A stretch of 64,000 bases of DNA from Thermoplasmata archaeon (GTDB taxonomy: Archaea > Thermoplasmatota > Thermoplasmata > Thermoplasmatales > ARK-15): the NCBI GenBank assembly GCA_039794005.1, contig JBAMMA010000017.1, positions 124,837-188,836 on the forward strand. Direction: 5' to 3'. Position 1 is the stretch's first letter; the number at the start of each line of letters is the position of its first letter. The notes beneath the pieces were generated by a model, which saw only the letters and a list, made by a program, of their open reading frames with translations, was not told the DNA's origin and made no database searches. Of this stretch, positions 10,105-20,313 are shown piece by piece. The position numbers and the translations under genes are program-made.

Positions 10105-11148
10105 ATGGAGACTAAAATCTTAAATATTGATCCAAACAACATAGATATTGAGAAAATTTTAATCGCTTCAGATGTAATTAAAAAAGGAGGGTTAGTTGCA
10201 TTTCCAACCGAAACTGTTTATGGCCTTGGTGCAGATGCATTTAATGAAAATGCCGTGAAAAAAATATTTATTGCAAAAGTGAGACCTAACGATAATCCTC
10301 TAATTGTCCATATAACAGAAAAAATTGACATAAATGATATCGTTGAATACTTCCCAGAAAATGCAATTTTATTAAAGAATAAATTCTGGCCGGGACCTTT
10401 AACAATGATTTTACCAAAGTCAAAAAGAATACCATTTGTTGTAACAGGAAACCTCAACACTGTTGCGGTGAGAATGCCTTCCCATAATATTGCAAAATCT
10501 TTGATTAACTATTCTGGATGCCCGATAGCAGCTCCAAGCGCGAATATATCCGGAAAACCCAGTCCAACAAAGGCTGAACATGTGATAAAAGATATGTTTG
10601 GAAAGATTGATGTTATAATAGATGGTGGTCAAACTGACATAGGTTTGGAATCAACGGTTATTGATTTAACAAAAGATATTCCAATAATTTATAGGCCCGG
10701 GAAAATCACAGTTGAAGAAATTGAAAAAGTAATTGGAAAAGTTGAGTTAAGTCCTATTGCAAAAGCAGAATTGAGGATGGATAATATCATAGCAATGTCT
10801 CCAGGAATGAAATACAGACATTATTCTCCAGATACCCCCTTAATTTTATACGAGGGGGAAGGTGATAAAGTTATAAATGCAATGGAAAATGATTTAAATG
10901 TTTTAAAAAATAATAATAAAAAGGTTGCTCTAATATTGTTAGATAATTACATAAAATCTGATATGACAATAGTATTTAATTCTAAAGATTTGGAGAATAT
11001 TGCTAGAAATATATTTTCTACATTGAGGGAATTAGATAAATATAAATTTGATTACATATTAGTCCAGGGAGTTGATGATCAAGGTCTTGGCCTTGCAATA
11101 ATGAATAGATTGAGAAAAGCCTCTACAAATATAGTTAAAGTGGAATAA
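10105..11148 (+). CDS. sua5: threonylcarbamoyl-AMP synthase Sua5
   Basis: FPTETVYGLGA, AAPSANISG, SPGMKYRHY, AIMNRLRKA. Confidence 0.96.
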   Translation: METKILNIDPNNIDIEKILIASDVIKKGGLVAFPTETVYGLGADAFNENAVKKIFIAKVRPNDNPLIVHITEKIDINDIVEYFPENAILLKNKFWPGPLTMILPKSKRIPFVVTGNLNTVAVRMPSHNIAKSLINYSGCPIAAPSANISGKPSPTKAEHVIKDMFGKIDVIIDGGQTDIGLESTVIDLTKDIPIIYRPGKITVEEIEKVIGKVELSPIAKAELRMDNIIAMSPGMKYRHYSPDTPLILYEGEGDKVINAMENDLNVLKNNNKKVALILLDNYIKSDMTIVFNSKDLENIARNIFSTLRELDKYKFDYILVQGVDDQGLGLAIMNRLRKASTNIVKVE

Positions 11149-11200
11149 AGGTACAAAAAAATAAAAATATTAGTTAATACTTTTAAAAAATTAGATTAGA

Positions 11201-11986
11201 ATGAAATATTTAATATTATTAATATCCGTGGTTCTTATTTCGTCAATTTCATCGGCAGGAAATATTAATATTGGAATTAATGGCCTTAATTCTTTGATTT
11301 ATAATAATCAAAAAATAATTGAATTTATCCATTTCTATCCGAATCCATATGGTGTTTGGATAAATGATTCAAACATATACGAATATTCAAATGGATATGT
11401 TGATATGCAAATTGTACCATTGCCAGGACCAATGATTTTAATGCATTTCAATGGTTCCGGTCGTTCCGTGATGAAATTTTTTGATTATGTTTATAAGGAT
11501 ATTACGTTTAATGGATTTCAAGATAACAATTCTTTGATTTATGGAAGATGTGTTGGAGTTAATATAAACGTTTCCAAGAATTATGTTAATGTATCGTGGT
11601 ACCATAATGCCTCAATGGTTTTGATAATAAATCCAAATCTTGATTTTAATAAAAATACAAATTTATTATTTACACCATATAATATATCAATTACAGTGGT
11701 ATACAATGGTATTACGTTATCATATCCAACTTCTGATGTAAAGTTGAATGGCACGTCTATAATGTATAATAAAAACAGGCCTCTATTGTTATATTCAAAT
11801 ATTAATATAAACAAATTTTATATCGATAATACAAACAAGGTGTTAAATCTAAAAGAAAGTAATTATGGATATTATGCATTAATCAACATTGAGAATAATA
11901 ATGGAATAGATTATAATTGTTATATCTTGAGTCTTATATTGATAATAATTGTATCTTCACTGATCTACAGGGTAGGGAGAAAATGA
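11201..11986 (+). CDS. hypothetical secreted, membrane-anchored protein
   Basis: Signal peptide, Asn-rich body, C-terminal TM. Confidence 0.7.
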   Translation: MKYLILLISVVLISSISSAGNINIGINGLNSLIYNNQKIIEFIHFYPNPYGVWINDSNIYEYSNGYVDMQIVPLPGPMILMHFNGSGRSVMKFFDYVYKDITFNGFQDNNSLIYGRCVGVNINVSKNYVNVSWYHNASMVLIINPNLDFNKNTNLLFTPYNISITVVYNGITLSYPTSDVKLNGTSIMYNKNRPLLLYSNININKFYIDNTNKVLNLKESNYGYYALINIENNNGIDYNCYILSLILIIIVSSLIYRVGRK

Positions 11987-12645
11987 AGGCTATTGTTTTT
12001 CTAATATCTTTTATATTATTGCAGGGAGTATTTGAAAATTCACATTATGTTACGATATATTCCAATAATATAAAAATAGAAATAAACAAAAAAAGCCCAA
12101 TTTTAAATATTTTTGATGGAAATGATATATTTAAGGTAATTTTAAAGGCCTTCAGCAATAATGAGAGTTTTATAGATCCTTTTAATGATTCCTTTAATTC
12201 ATATTTTTATGAAAATGATTTTTATGAAATAATAATGAATGAATCAAAAGAAAATAACTTTGTTAAAATAGATTATAGAATAAATAAAAATTTGAATGAT
12301 ATTTTAATAAATTTTAACATTAGAACTAAAGATAAATATTCTGACGTTATATTATATATATTTCACAACATAAATAATACTCATAATAATTTAATTTATT
12401 ATTCCAAAGGATCCGTTATTATAAAAAAGATTGGAAATGAAAATATTGTTGAAAATAAAAATTCAACATATGCATATGAAAATTTGACTTCTCAAAATGG
12501 TTCGATATCAGGAATATTTGTTTTAAGTATATTTTCATCCCAAGTGATTTTACTTTATCCAATAATTTATTTTATTTTTGGCATTATATTGGGCACATTT
12601 TTAATATTAATCCTTATATTTATTTGGAAAAAGGTTAAATATTAA
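11983..12645 (+). CDS. hypothetical secreted, membrane-anchored protein
   Basis: ATG 11983 overlaps previous TGA (ATGA); MKAIVFLISF signal; C-terminal TM + KKVK. Confidence 0.7.
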   Translation: MKAIVFLISFILLQGVFENSHYVTIYSNNIKIEINKKSPILNIFDGNDIFKVILKAFSNNESFIDPFNDSFNSYFYENDFYEIIMNESKENNFVKIDYRINKNLNDILINFNIRTKDKYSDVILYIFHNINNTHNNLIYYSKGSVIIKKIGNENIVENKNSTYAYENLTSQNGSISGIFVLSIFSSQVILLYPIIYFIFGIILGTFLILILIFIWKKVKY

Positions 12646-12669
12646 TTTCATATTTGAGAAATGATATCT

Positions 12670-12819
12670 ATGACATTCCAGGAAGCAGTAAATAGAAAAT
12701 TAAACAAATTGATATGCATGAAATGTTATGCTAAAAATCCAATAGGGGCAAAAAGATGCAGGAGATGTGGATACAAGGGACTTAGACCTAAAAATAAGGA
12801 AAGAAAAGGAAATAAATGA
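12670..12819 (+). CDS. rpl40e: 50S ribosomal protein L40e
   Basis: Hand translation [49 protein letters not shown] (below ORF-track cutoff). Confidence 0.95.
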   Translation: MTFQEAVNRKLNKLICMKCYAKNPIGAKRCRRCGYKGLRPKNKERKGNK

Positions 12820-12820
12820 T

Positions 12821-13993
12821 TTAAATTTCTAATTTTTCCAATGATTTTAAGACATTTTCCCTGATATTATCAACATCTGGTATATCTTTTACGACATTGC
12901 CATTTTCAATGTATTTTTCCAATACATTTTTCATTTCTCTTCCACAATACTTACATTTTGGTGGTTTATCACCGTGTGGCACAACTGCATAATTTACGCA
13001 ATTTTCACAATAATAAACATCTTTTCTTCCAGAAAACTTCCCTCTCTTTGTAATAGGTTTTTTGTCAATTTCAACTATATCTAATGCATAATCTATTGTT
13101 GATGCTGATGAAATTGAAGTACCAATTCCAAAACCGTCCGCCCCGGCTTCAATCAAGTCTTTAATCTCTTCCTCTTTTATTCCTCCTGAAACAATAATTT
13201 GCACTTTATCGAAACCCCTTATCTTTAATTCCCACTTAACTTCCCTTATTAAATATGAAAAATCACCTTTTCTGGAAGAAGGGGTGTCAAGCCTAACTCC
13301 GGAAAGGTGTTTTATGAGTTCTGCAGCTTTTATTGCCGAGAATTTTTCATCACAAAATGTATCGATCAATGCAATTCTAGGTATAGATGGATCTAAATCC
13401 TCATCAAACTTTTTCCACGCATCTTCTTCACCTATTAAAAGAATAAGTGCGTGGGGCATCGTTCCTCTCGGTGTCTTATTCAATCTTTCAGCCCCTATTA
13501 CACTCGATACATAATCACAGCCTCCAATGTAAGAATATCTATCTATCATCGGTGCAAGAGCAGGGTGCATTCTTCTTACTCCAAAAGACATTAAAGTTTT
13601 ATTTCCGATCAACTTTTTGAACCTTGCAGATTTTGTCGAAATTCCACTTGCTTGACATATAATGCCAAGTAATGGAGTTTCAAATTCTGCAAAATCTACA
13701 TAATTTCCTTCGATCATCATAATAGGAACTGGTATTCCATTTTGGTCAAAAGGTTTGAATATAAATCCTTCTGGAATAGAATAAAGATTTATTTTTTTAC
13801 CTTTCAATAATTCCAATACCTCTTCCAAACCTGAAAATACTATCCATGGATATTTATTGTCATGTGTTGTTATTTCCATCAATACATTCTTGTTTATTTT
13901 CTCCTTTTGCAATATCTCTTTTGTCCTTATAAAATAAATATCTGTCGTCTTTCCACTTTTAATTTCATCATCATTTGCTATATAGAACCTCAT
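12821..13993 (-). CDS. pncB: nicotinate phosphoribosyltransferase
   Basis: TDIYF, SFGVRRMHP, GTMPHAL, VRLDTPSSR. Confidence 0.93.
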   Translation of the reverse strand: MRFYIANDDEIKSGKTTDIYFIRTKEILQKEKINKNVLMEITTHDNKYPWIVFSGLEEVLELLKGKKINLYSIPEGFIFKPFDQNGIPVPIMMIEGNYVDFAEFETPLLGIICQASGISTKSARFKKLIGNKTLMSFGVRRMHPALAPMIDRYSYIGGCDYVSSVIGAERLNKTPRGTMPHALILLIGEEDAWKKFDEDLDPSIPRIALIDTFCDEKFSAIKAAELIKHLSGVRLDTPSSRKGDFSYLIREVKWELKIRGFDKVQIIVSGGIKEEEIKDLIEAGADGFGIGTSISSASTIDYALDIVEIDKKPITKRGKFSGRKDVYYCENCVNYAVVPHGDKPPKCKYCGREMKNVLEKYIENGNVVKDIPDVDNIRENVLKSLEKLEI

Positions 13994-14523
13994 TGTAATA
14001 CCCCCAAGTCTTTTAGCCTAATCAATTTTGTTCCATACATATTCATCATATATTTTAAGCCAAATTCTTTGTTTTTGGGCTTGATGGAATCCGTGCATTC
14101 TTCAACAACATATGTTTCAAATCCCGCAAAAAACGCATTTGAAACGGTGTGCAGAACGCATATATCTGTGCTTACACCAGCCACTATTAATTTTTGAATG
14201 TTCTTTTCCTTTAATATCCTTTCAAGCTCTGTATTGTAAAACGCACTGTATGTCCTCTTTTCTATAATGATATCATTCAATTCTGGTTTTAATTCATCAA
14301 TAATCTCTGATGCATAAGAACCTTTCATTGCATGTTTCCCCCATACCTTTAGTTCTGGGTCATTCTCTTCGTGTGAATCCTTTGCATATACTATTGTCCA
14401 ATTCATTTTTCTGCCATACTCAATAAGCTCCTTTACCTTTGGAACTATTTTTTTTACCCTTTCAGAACCAAATTTACCGTCCACAAACTCATGAATCATA
14501 TCAACAATTAATATTGCATACAT
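13990..14523 (-). CDS. pncA: nicotinamidase/isochorismatase-family cysteine hydrolase
   Basis: IVDM, KDSH, EKRTYSAF, GVSTDICV; overlaps pncB start. Confidence 0.85.
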   Translation of the reverse strand: MYAILIVDMIHEFVDGKFGSERVKKIVPKVKELIEYGRKMNWTIVYAKDSHEENDPELKVWGKHAMKGSYASEIIDELKPELNDIIIEKRTYSAFYNTELERILKEKNIQKLIVAGVSTDICVLHTVSNAFFAGFETYVVEECTDSIKPKNKEFGLKYMMNMYGTKLIRLKDLGVLQ

Positions 14524-14630
14524 ATGAAAGAATAATATCCATCAATTTAATAAGTTTATTTAAATGATAAAATATAATGTTAATTTTTATTTAAGAAAAA
14601 TTTAATTTTAGTTTTACCATATTAATTGTT

Positions 14631-16055
14631 ATGAAGGATGGGAGATATTTAATAATTCAAATATATGGTAAACATTCTAATGACAAATATAAGAAAATAA
14701 GATATGAAATTGAAGGAAAAAGTTATGAAAGTAGATTGAGCTCAGGTGCACTTTTACAACATTATGGAAATGCAGATCTTTTATATTTGATTCCCGAGAG
14801 CCTTTTTATAAATGATGTTAAAAATACAAATGAATTTGAAAATTTTATGAAAGAAAATTATAAGGAAGTATATAAAAATGCTATAATTAATCAATTGGAT
14901 ATGGAAAAAATAAACATAAACATAAATAAAATTTATTCAATTGGTTTTTATGACAACTCAGGAACTCAGGGAAATAAAAACACTCTCTCTGTTGAATTTA
15001 GGAATAATATAGATGGTATAAAATTAAAACTATTTAGAGATGTATTTAAAATAATAAATAATTATGATAATATTATAATAGATTTATCTACTGGTCTTAA
15101 TTATTATATACCAATAATAATTGATGTAATTAGGAATATTATAACTTATCAAAAACTCTCTCACTACATAGATACAAATAATTTTGATAAAAAGTATAAT
15201 GTTACTGTTGTACCACCAGTAGGGGATTCAAAAACAACAATACATTTTGAAACTATAGATGCAGTTGCATATTTTGATTTGATAGATGTAAAAAAATTTG
15301 AACTTTCTCCGTCTGACAGCACTAATACGGATATAATCATAAAAACGAGGAAGGAATTTGAAGACAATATAGATAGATTGAATAAAATAATGAATATAAC
15401 AAAGATAGGTTTAAATGCTCTAAAAAACAATACACCACTGGTCTTTTATGATCAAGATATTTTAGATATTGATGAAGATAAATTAAATATGAGTTCTAAC
15501 CAGATATTAGAAGATTATATTTTCAAAATAATAGATTATTTGACAGAATATAAAATTGAGATAAACAATAATCATATAATCGTATCGAGACCGAAAATTG
15601 ATGGTTTAAAGATAATGAAGTTTATAATGGGGATTGGAATATATGAGAGTATTAGAAAGATTAGATATGATATCCAAAAAGATTTTAAAAATGTGTGGAT
15701 AAATGAAAAAAACGCTGCAACAATCGAGGACATTGAAGCCAGGTTTACAAAAATTTATCAAAAATTAAATTATAATGTTAACATAAAATTTTTGGAAAGG
15801 GATTTAAAAGAAATAAAGTCATTAAAAATTGATGGTAGTTATAGATTAATTTCAGAGCTAAAATATGGAAATAATACAAACGACAATTCAGGTAATGATA
15901 TTAAAAACTCAGATATTAAAAGAAACTTTTTTGCCCATAGCGGATTTGAATATAAAATAACTCAAGTTAGAAAGGATAACGATAAAATTTTCATCATGTA
16001 TATAAAAAATGAAAAAAAGAATGAAATTAAAAGTTGGCTATTAAATCAATCTTGA
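14631..16055 (+). CDS. csx1: CARF-HEPN ribonuclease, Csx1 family
   Basis: LIPESL, DLSTGLN (DxTHG-like position), C-terminal HEPN RNFFAHSG. Confidence 0.85.
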   Translation: MKDGRYLIIQIYGKHSNDKYKKIRYEIEGKSYESRLSSGALLQHYGNADLLYLIPESLFINDVKNTNEFENFMKENYKEVYKNAIINQLDMEKINININKIYSIGFYDNSGTQGNKNTLSVEFRNNIDGIKLKLFRDVFKIINNYDNIIIDLSTGLNYYIPIIIDVIRNIITYQKLSHYIDTNNFDKKYNVTVVPPVGDSKTTIHFETIDAVAYFDLIDVKKFELSPSDSTNTDIIIKTRKEFEDNIDRLNKIMNITKIGLNALKNNTPLVFYDQDILDIDEDKLNMSSNQILEDYIFKIIDYLTEYKIEINNNHIIVSRPKIDGLKIMKFIMGIGIYESIRKIRYDIQKDFKNVWINEKNAATIEDIEARFTKIYQKLNYNVNIKFLERDLKEIKSLKIDGSYRLISELKYGNNTNDNSGNDIKNSDIKRNFFAHSGFEYKITQVRKDNDKIFIMYIKNEKKNEIKSWLLNQS

Positions 16056-16242
16056 TTGTTTTAAAATTATTTACAAATTTTTTTACATTAATTATTAACG
16101 TTTATTGAGGTAAACAATAGAATAAATTTTTATACTAAAATTATTTTTCTCCACAGTAAGATATGGTGACCCATAATGGAAGAAGAGGCATACCGGTGTT
16201 CTGAATATTTTTTAGTATATATTATAAGGAGGTGTGGGGTGT

Positions 16243-17325
16243 ATGGTTTTACCTAGGGCTGTCATTCTTGCAGAGGGAGTCTATGGTAACTTAAATGGAA
16301 AAACTGCACATGGACTTGTAAGATTTTCCAAAAGATTTTCAATTGTAGCAGTCATAGATTCGGAATTTGAGGGTATGGATGCTGGAGAGGTTTTGGACGG
16401 AAAGTTTAGAAACATTCCAATAGTTGGATCCTTGAAGGATTCTTTAAAATTCGAACCTGAAGTGCTAATAATAGGTGCAGCAACTGATGGTGGATTTTTA
16501 CCTAAGAATTATAGACCCATAATAATTGAAGCTTTAAGGAATGGCCTAGATATTGTTTCAGGCCTACACGAATTCATAAGTGATGATGAAGAATTTTTAA
16601 AATTGGCAGAATTTTCCGGTTCCAAAATAATCGATGTAAGAAAAATGTATCTTAAAAAGCAGGAGTTCTTCACAGGAGAAATAGAGAATGTTCTTTCCAC
16701 AAAGGTTGCTGTTTTAGGAAGTGATAGTGCAATAGGAAAAAGGACGACTACAATAATGATAACAGAAAAGTTAAAAGAGTTAGGATATAATGCTGTATTC
16801 ATTGCGACGGGTCAGACTGGATGGATGCAAGGTGCCGAGTACTGCGCATTGATTGATGCAATGATTAATGACTTTGTAGCAGGAGGAATTGAGAGCGAGG
16901 TCGTCAGGGCATGGAAAGAAAAGAGACCGGATTTTATTTTAATTGAAGGACAGGGGGGTTTATTACATCCTGCATATCCGGGAGGTTTTGAAATAATTGC
17001 AGCTGCAAGACCAGAGGCTATAGTATTTCAACATTCACCAAAGAGAATTTATTATGATGGATTTGAGAAATATAGGATACCTGATCTTGATAAATTCATA
17101 CAGCTCATAGAAATACTATCAGGGAGAAAACCTATTGGAATTACATTAAACACAGAAAAAATAGAGGAATTCGAAATACCTTATTATATCAGTGAATATG
17201 AAGAAAAATATTCAATGCCTGTAGATGCGCCTTTGTATACAGGTGTAGAAAAGATTGCAAAAGAATTGATTAAACTTCATGAAAATAGGCTTGATAAAAG
17301 CATTGCAAGGAATGTGTTTCACTGA
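16243..17325 (+). CDS. DUF1611 family protein (Rossmann + P-loop; DgcN-like)
   Basis: GKTAHGLVR, GSDSAIGKRTT, ATGQTGWMQG, EGQGGLLHPAY; SD AGGAGGTG before ATG 16243. Confidence 0.88.
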   Translation: MVLPRAVILAEGVYGNLNGKTAHGLVRFSKRFSIVAVIDSEFEGMDAGEVLDGKFRNIPIVGSLKDSLKFEPEVLIIGAATDGGFLPKNYRPIIIEALRNGLDIVSGLHEFISDDEEFLKLAEFSGSKIIDVRKMYLKKQEFFTGEIENVLSTKVAVLGSDSAIGKRTTTIMITEKLKELGYNAVFIATGQTGWMQGAEYCALIDAMINDFVAGGIESEVVRAWKEKRPDFILIEGQGGLLHPAYPGGFEIIAAARPEAIVFQHSPKRIYYDGFEKYRIPDLDKFIQLIEILSGRKPIGITLNTEKIEEFEIPYYISEYEEKYSMPVDAPLYTGVEKIAKELIKLHENRLDKSIARNVFH

Positions 17326-17327
17326 TC

Positions 17328-18767
17328 ATGGATCTTATAACATTTTCTGAAATTAAGATAAACAAGCCAGAGATTGAAAAAAACAAAATATCTACAGACA
17401 TAGTTTTAAACAACAAGGAATCATTTAAATTAAAATTTACATACCAAGAGAATATTGAAGATATTCCTGGGATTGAAAATTTAGCAAATATGTTAGTATC
17501 TTCACCTATAATTAACTATGGACTATTCACAGAAAAAATATATTTTGATTTTCCCCTTTCTAAGGAGGATATTGAATATATCAAGCATAACATGGACATT
17601 ATTTCTGCTGATATTTATGTTAACAGATTTTTGAGGGTAAACAATCCCTACATTATAGAAGGATATTTACCGAATAAAGATCATGTAAATATAGAAGATT
17701 CAAAAACGAAGGCAAAGATTGAGGTAGAATCCATAGAAGATTTTAAATTCCAAGTTAAAACGGACGATAAAAAGGTCGCAATACTGTCATCTGGTGGAAA
17801 AGAAAGCCTTTTAACATACGGTCTTTTGAATGAGATGGGATTCGAAACACATCCTATGTTCTTCAACGAGTCAGGAGGCCATTGGAAAACCGCTCTTCCA
17901 TCTTATAGATATTTCAGCAAAAATATTAAAAATACATCTAAAGTATGGTCAAATCTTGATAGGTTTTATTTGTTCATGCTTGACAACATGAAATTCATAA
18001 AGAAAAATCACAGAAGGATATGGAGTGATAACTATCCAATAAGGCTCTTTATCTTTGGGCCTTATATATTTGCATTTTTGCCATTGGTAATAAGAAGGGG
18101 AATTGGAAATATACTGCTTGGAAGCGAATATGATGATGTAAGAGCTGAAAAATATTATCATGGTATAAGGCATTATTATGGAATATACGATCAAAGTGCT
18201 GACTTTGATTATTACAATACTGATTATTTTAAATCAAAAAATTTGAATATAAGGCAGTGGAGTATAGTAAGGCCAATAACAGGACTTATCGTTGAAAGGA
18301 TTTTGATGAAAAGGTATAATTATTTGTATAAATTGCAAAGATCTTGCCATTCATGTCATTATGAAAATAATGATGTCTATCCATGTGGAAAATGCTCTAA
18401 ATGTCTAGGCATAATTTCATTCATATTGGCAAACGATGGTGATCCAAGGGATATAAATTATAAGGATGAACATATAGAAAATCTTGAAAACAATATTTCA
18501 AAGACAATATTAAAATTGGATCAGGATGAAAAGGAACATGTATTTTACATTCTATCTAAAAAAGGTTTTAAACTTGAAGGAAAAGAACATGATCACGTTG
18601 AAAAGATTCATATTGATGAATCATCACCATTGGATTTAATACCAGAGAATTTTAGGAGGGTATTTTTAATATACAAAGATTATGTAAAAGGTGTTGTAAA
18701 ATATGAAAATGGAGATTTTGTAGATTTTAATGATTTTTTTGATAAATTGATACAATTGAAGCAATGA
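17328..18767 (+). CDS. PP-loop adenine-nucleotide alpha-hydrolase with Cys cluster (MurL/QueC-like)
   Basis: SSGGKESLL PP-loop, SCHSC...PCGKCSKC; 2 nt after DUF1611 stop. Confidence 0.7.
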   Translation: MDLITFSEIKINKPEIEKNKISTDIVLNNKESFKLKFTYQENIEDIPGIENLANMLVSSPIINYGLFTEKIYFDFPLSKEDIEYIKHNMDIISADIYVNRFLRVNNPYIIEGYLPNKDHVNIEDSKTKAKIEVESIEDFKFQVKTDDKKVAILSSGGKESLLTYGLLNEMGFETHPMFFNESGGHWKTALPSYRYFSKNIKNTSKVWSNLDRFYLFMLDNMKFIKKNHRRIWSDNYPIRLFIFGPYIFAFLPLVIRRGIGNILLGSEYDDVRAEKYYHGIRHYYGIYDQSADFDYYNTDYFKSKNLNIRQWSIVRPITGLIVERILMKRYNYLYKLQRSCHSCHYENNDVYPCGKCSKCLGIISFILANDGDPRDINYKDEHIENLENNISKTILKLDQDEKEHVFYILSKKGFKLEGKEHDHVEKIHIDESSPLDLIPENFRRVFLIYKDYVKGVVKYENGDFVDFNDFFDKLIQLKQ

Positions 18768-19572
18768 GAATTAAAATTGAGCCTATTATCATTAAAAAAT
18801 TGAATTTTTCATTTGTTATAAGATAAGAAAATATTGCACCAAAAATAGGTTCAAAAACAAAGATAAAAGAAGCTGTTTTAGCATCTAAATCTTTTTGCCC
18901 GAGGATTTGCAAAAATAATGCGAGAGCGGTCGCAAATATTGAGATATAAATTACTATGAAAATCAATTCCAAATTCAATTTCATTTGAATACCATATAAA
19001 GGTAACAATGCTGCCGTAAAAATAGTTACAAAAAATAACTGGTATGATGATAATACCATAATGTCTATTTCCTTAGAATATTTGTCTATTAAAACTACCT
19101 GAAATCCATACGATATGGCCGAAATTAATGTGAGTATATCTCCAAAATTTAATCCATATTCATACGCCTGTGAAAATATTAGTAAACCTATTATTGCCAA
19201 AATAAGGGAAAAAATATTTTTTGTCTTTAAATCCTCTTTTAAAAAAAAGTAAGCAAGTATTGGAGCAATAACTATGTATAAACTTGTAATAAATGTCGAA
19301 GAATCAGGGTCTGTATATTTCAGGCCTATTATTTGAAAAATATATCCAGAAGTTACAAATATTCCCAATATTAATCCCTTAAAAAATTCATTTTTTCCGG
19401 ATTTTGCAATACTTTTATAAGATATAGGAAAAAAAATGATCGATGCAATAATAAACCTTAAAAAATTAAAAAAGACTGGGTTTATATAATTTAATGATAA
19501 TTTCATTAAAGGGAATGTAGAACCCCATATTATTGTTGCAATTAAAATATAAATAGGGGATTTTTTCATCAA
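18727..19572 (-). CDS. EamA/DMT family transporter
   Basis: IWGSTFP, LRFIIA, FEPIFG; about 10 TM. Confidence 0.92.
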   Translation of the reverse strand: MMKKSPIYILIATIIWGSTFPLMKLSLNYINPVFFNFLRFIIASIIFFPISYKSIAKSGKNEFFKGLILGIFVTSGYIFQIIGLKYTDPDSSTFITSLYIVIAPILAYFFLKEDLKTKNIFSLILAIIGLLIFSQAYEYGLNFGDILTLISAISYGFQVVLIDKYSKEIDIMVLSSYQLFFVTIFTAALLPLYGIQMKLNLELIFIVIYISIFATALALFLQILGQKDLDAKTASFIFVFEPIFGAIFSYLITNEKFNFLMIIGSILILIASIVSIYQKNH

Positions 19573-20312
19573 TTCACCTTTTCATATACATAATCTGCTA
19601 TTTCACCTATTTGTTCTGGTGTTAACTCTTCAACCCTATTTTCGCTGTAGGGAACATTTCCAATAATATTTTTTATCTTTTTTCTTCTCTGGGAGAAGAG
19701 TTTTTCTGTTATTTCAAAAAATAACTTTTCATCTTTAACTGAGAACTTTTTATTTGGAACAATTTTCACAATAGCTGAATCAACTTTTGGAATTGGATAG
19801 AATACTGTTCTTGGTACGTATCTTAGTATGCTTACGTCTGCATAATAATAGACATTAACGGTTAATCTTGAATAATTGTTTGATCCAGGCTTTGCTACAA
19901 GTCTCTGTGCGAATTCTTTCTGATACATTATAATTCCTAGCTTAAATTGATGTTTTAACAATTTAAATGTAATTGGTGATGATATGTTATATGGTATGTT
20001 AGATACGATCTTATCAAACCTTGAAAATTCTTCCTTTAAAGCATCACCCAGTATTAATTTCAATTTGCCATCGTTAATTTCACTGAAAAAATATGTTCTT
20101 AAATATTCATAGAATTCCTTTGACTTTTCAATGGCATACACTTTTGCCCCTGATGATAACAATTCTGAAGTTAAAATTCCCATACCGGGGCCAATTTCAA
20201 GAACCTCTTCATTTTCATTAATTTGAGCATATGAAACAATAATCTTCACTAAATTTTTATCCTTTAAAAGAACCTGACCATTCCTTTTCATTCTTATTCT
20301 TTCTGATATCAT
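19569..20312 (-). CDS. rsmA: 16S rRNA dimethyladenosine transferase
   Basis: LEIGPGMG, SNIPYNISS, QKEFAQRL, PKVDS. Confidence 0.95.
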   Translation of the reverse strand: MISERIRMKRNGQVLLKDKNLVKIIVSYAQINENEEVLEIGPGMGILTSELLSSGAKVYAIEKSKEFYEYLRTYFFSEINDGKLKLILGDALKEEFSRFDKIVSNIPYNISSPITFKLLKHQFKLGIIMYQKEFAQRLVAKPGSNNYSRLTVNVYYYADVSILRYVPRTVFYPIPKVDSAIVKIVPNKKFSVKDEKLFFEITEKLFSQRRKKIKNIIGNVPYSENRVEELTPEQIGEIADYVYEKVN

Positions 20313-20313
20313 T

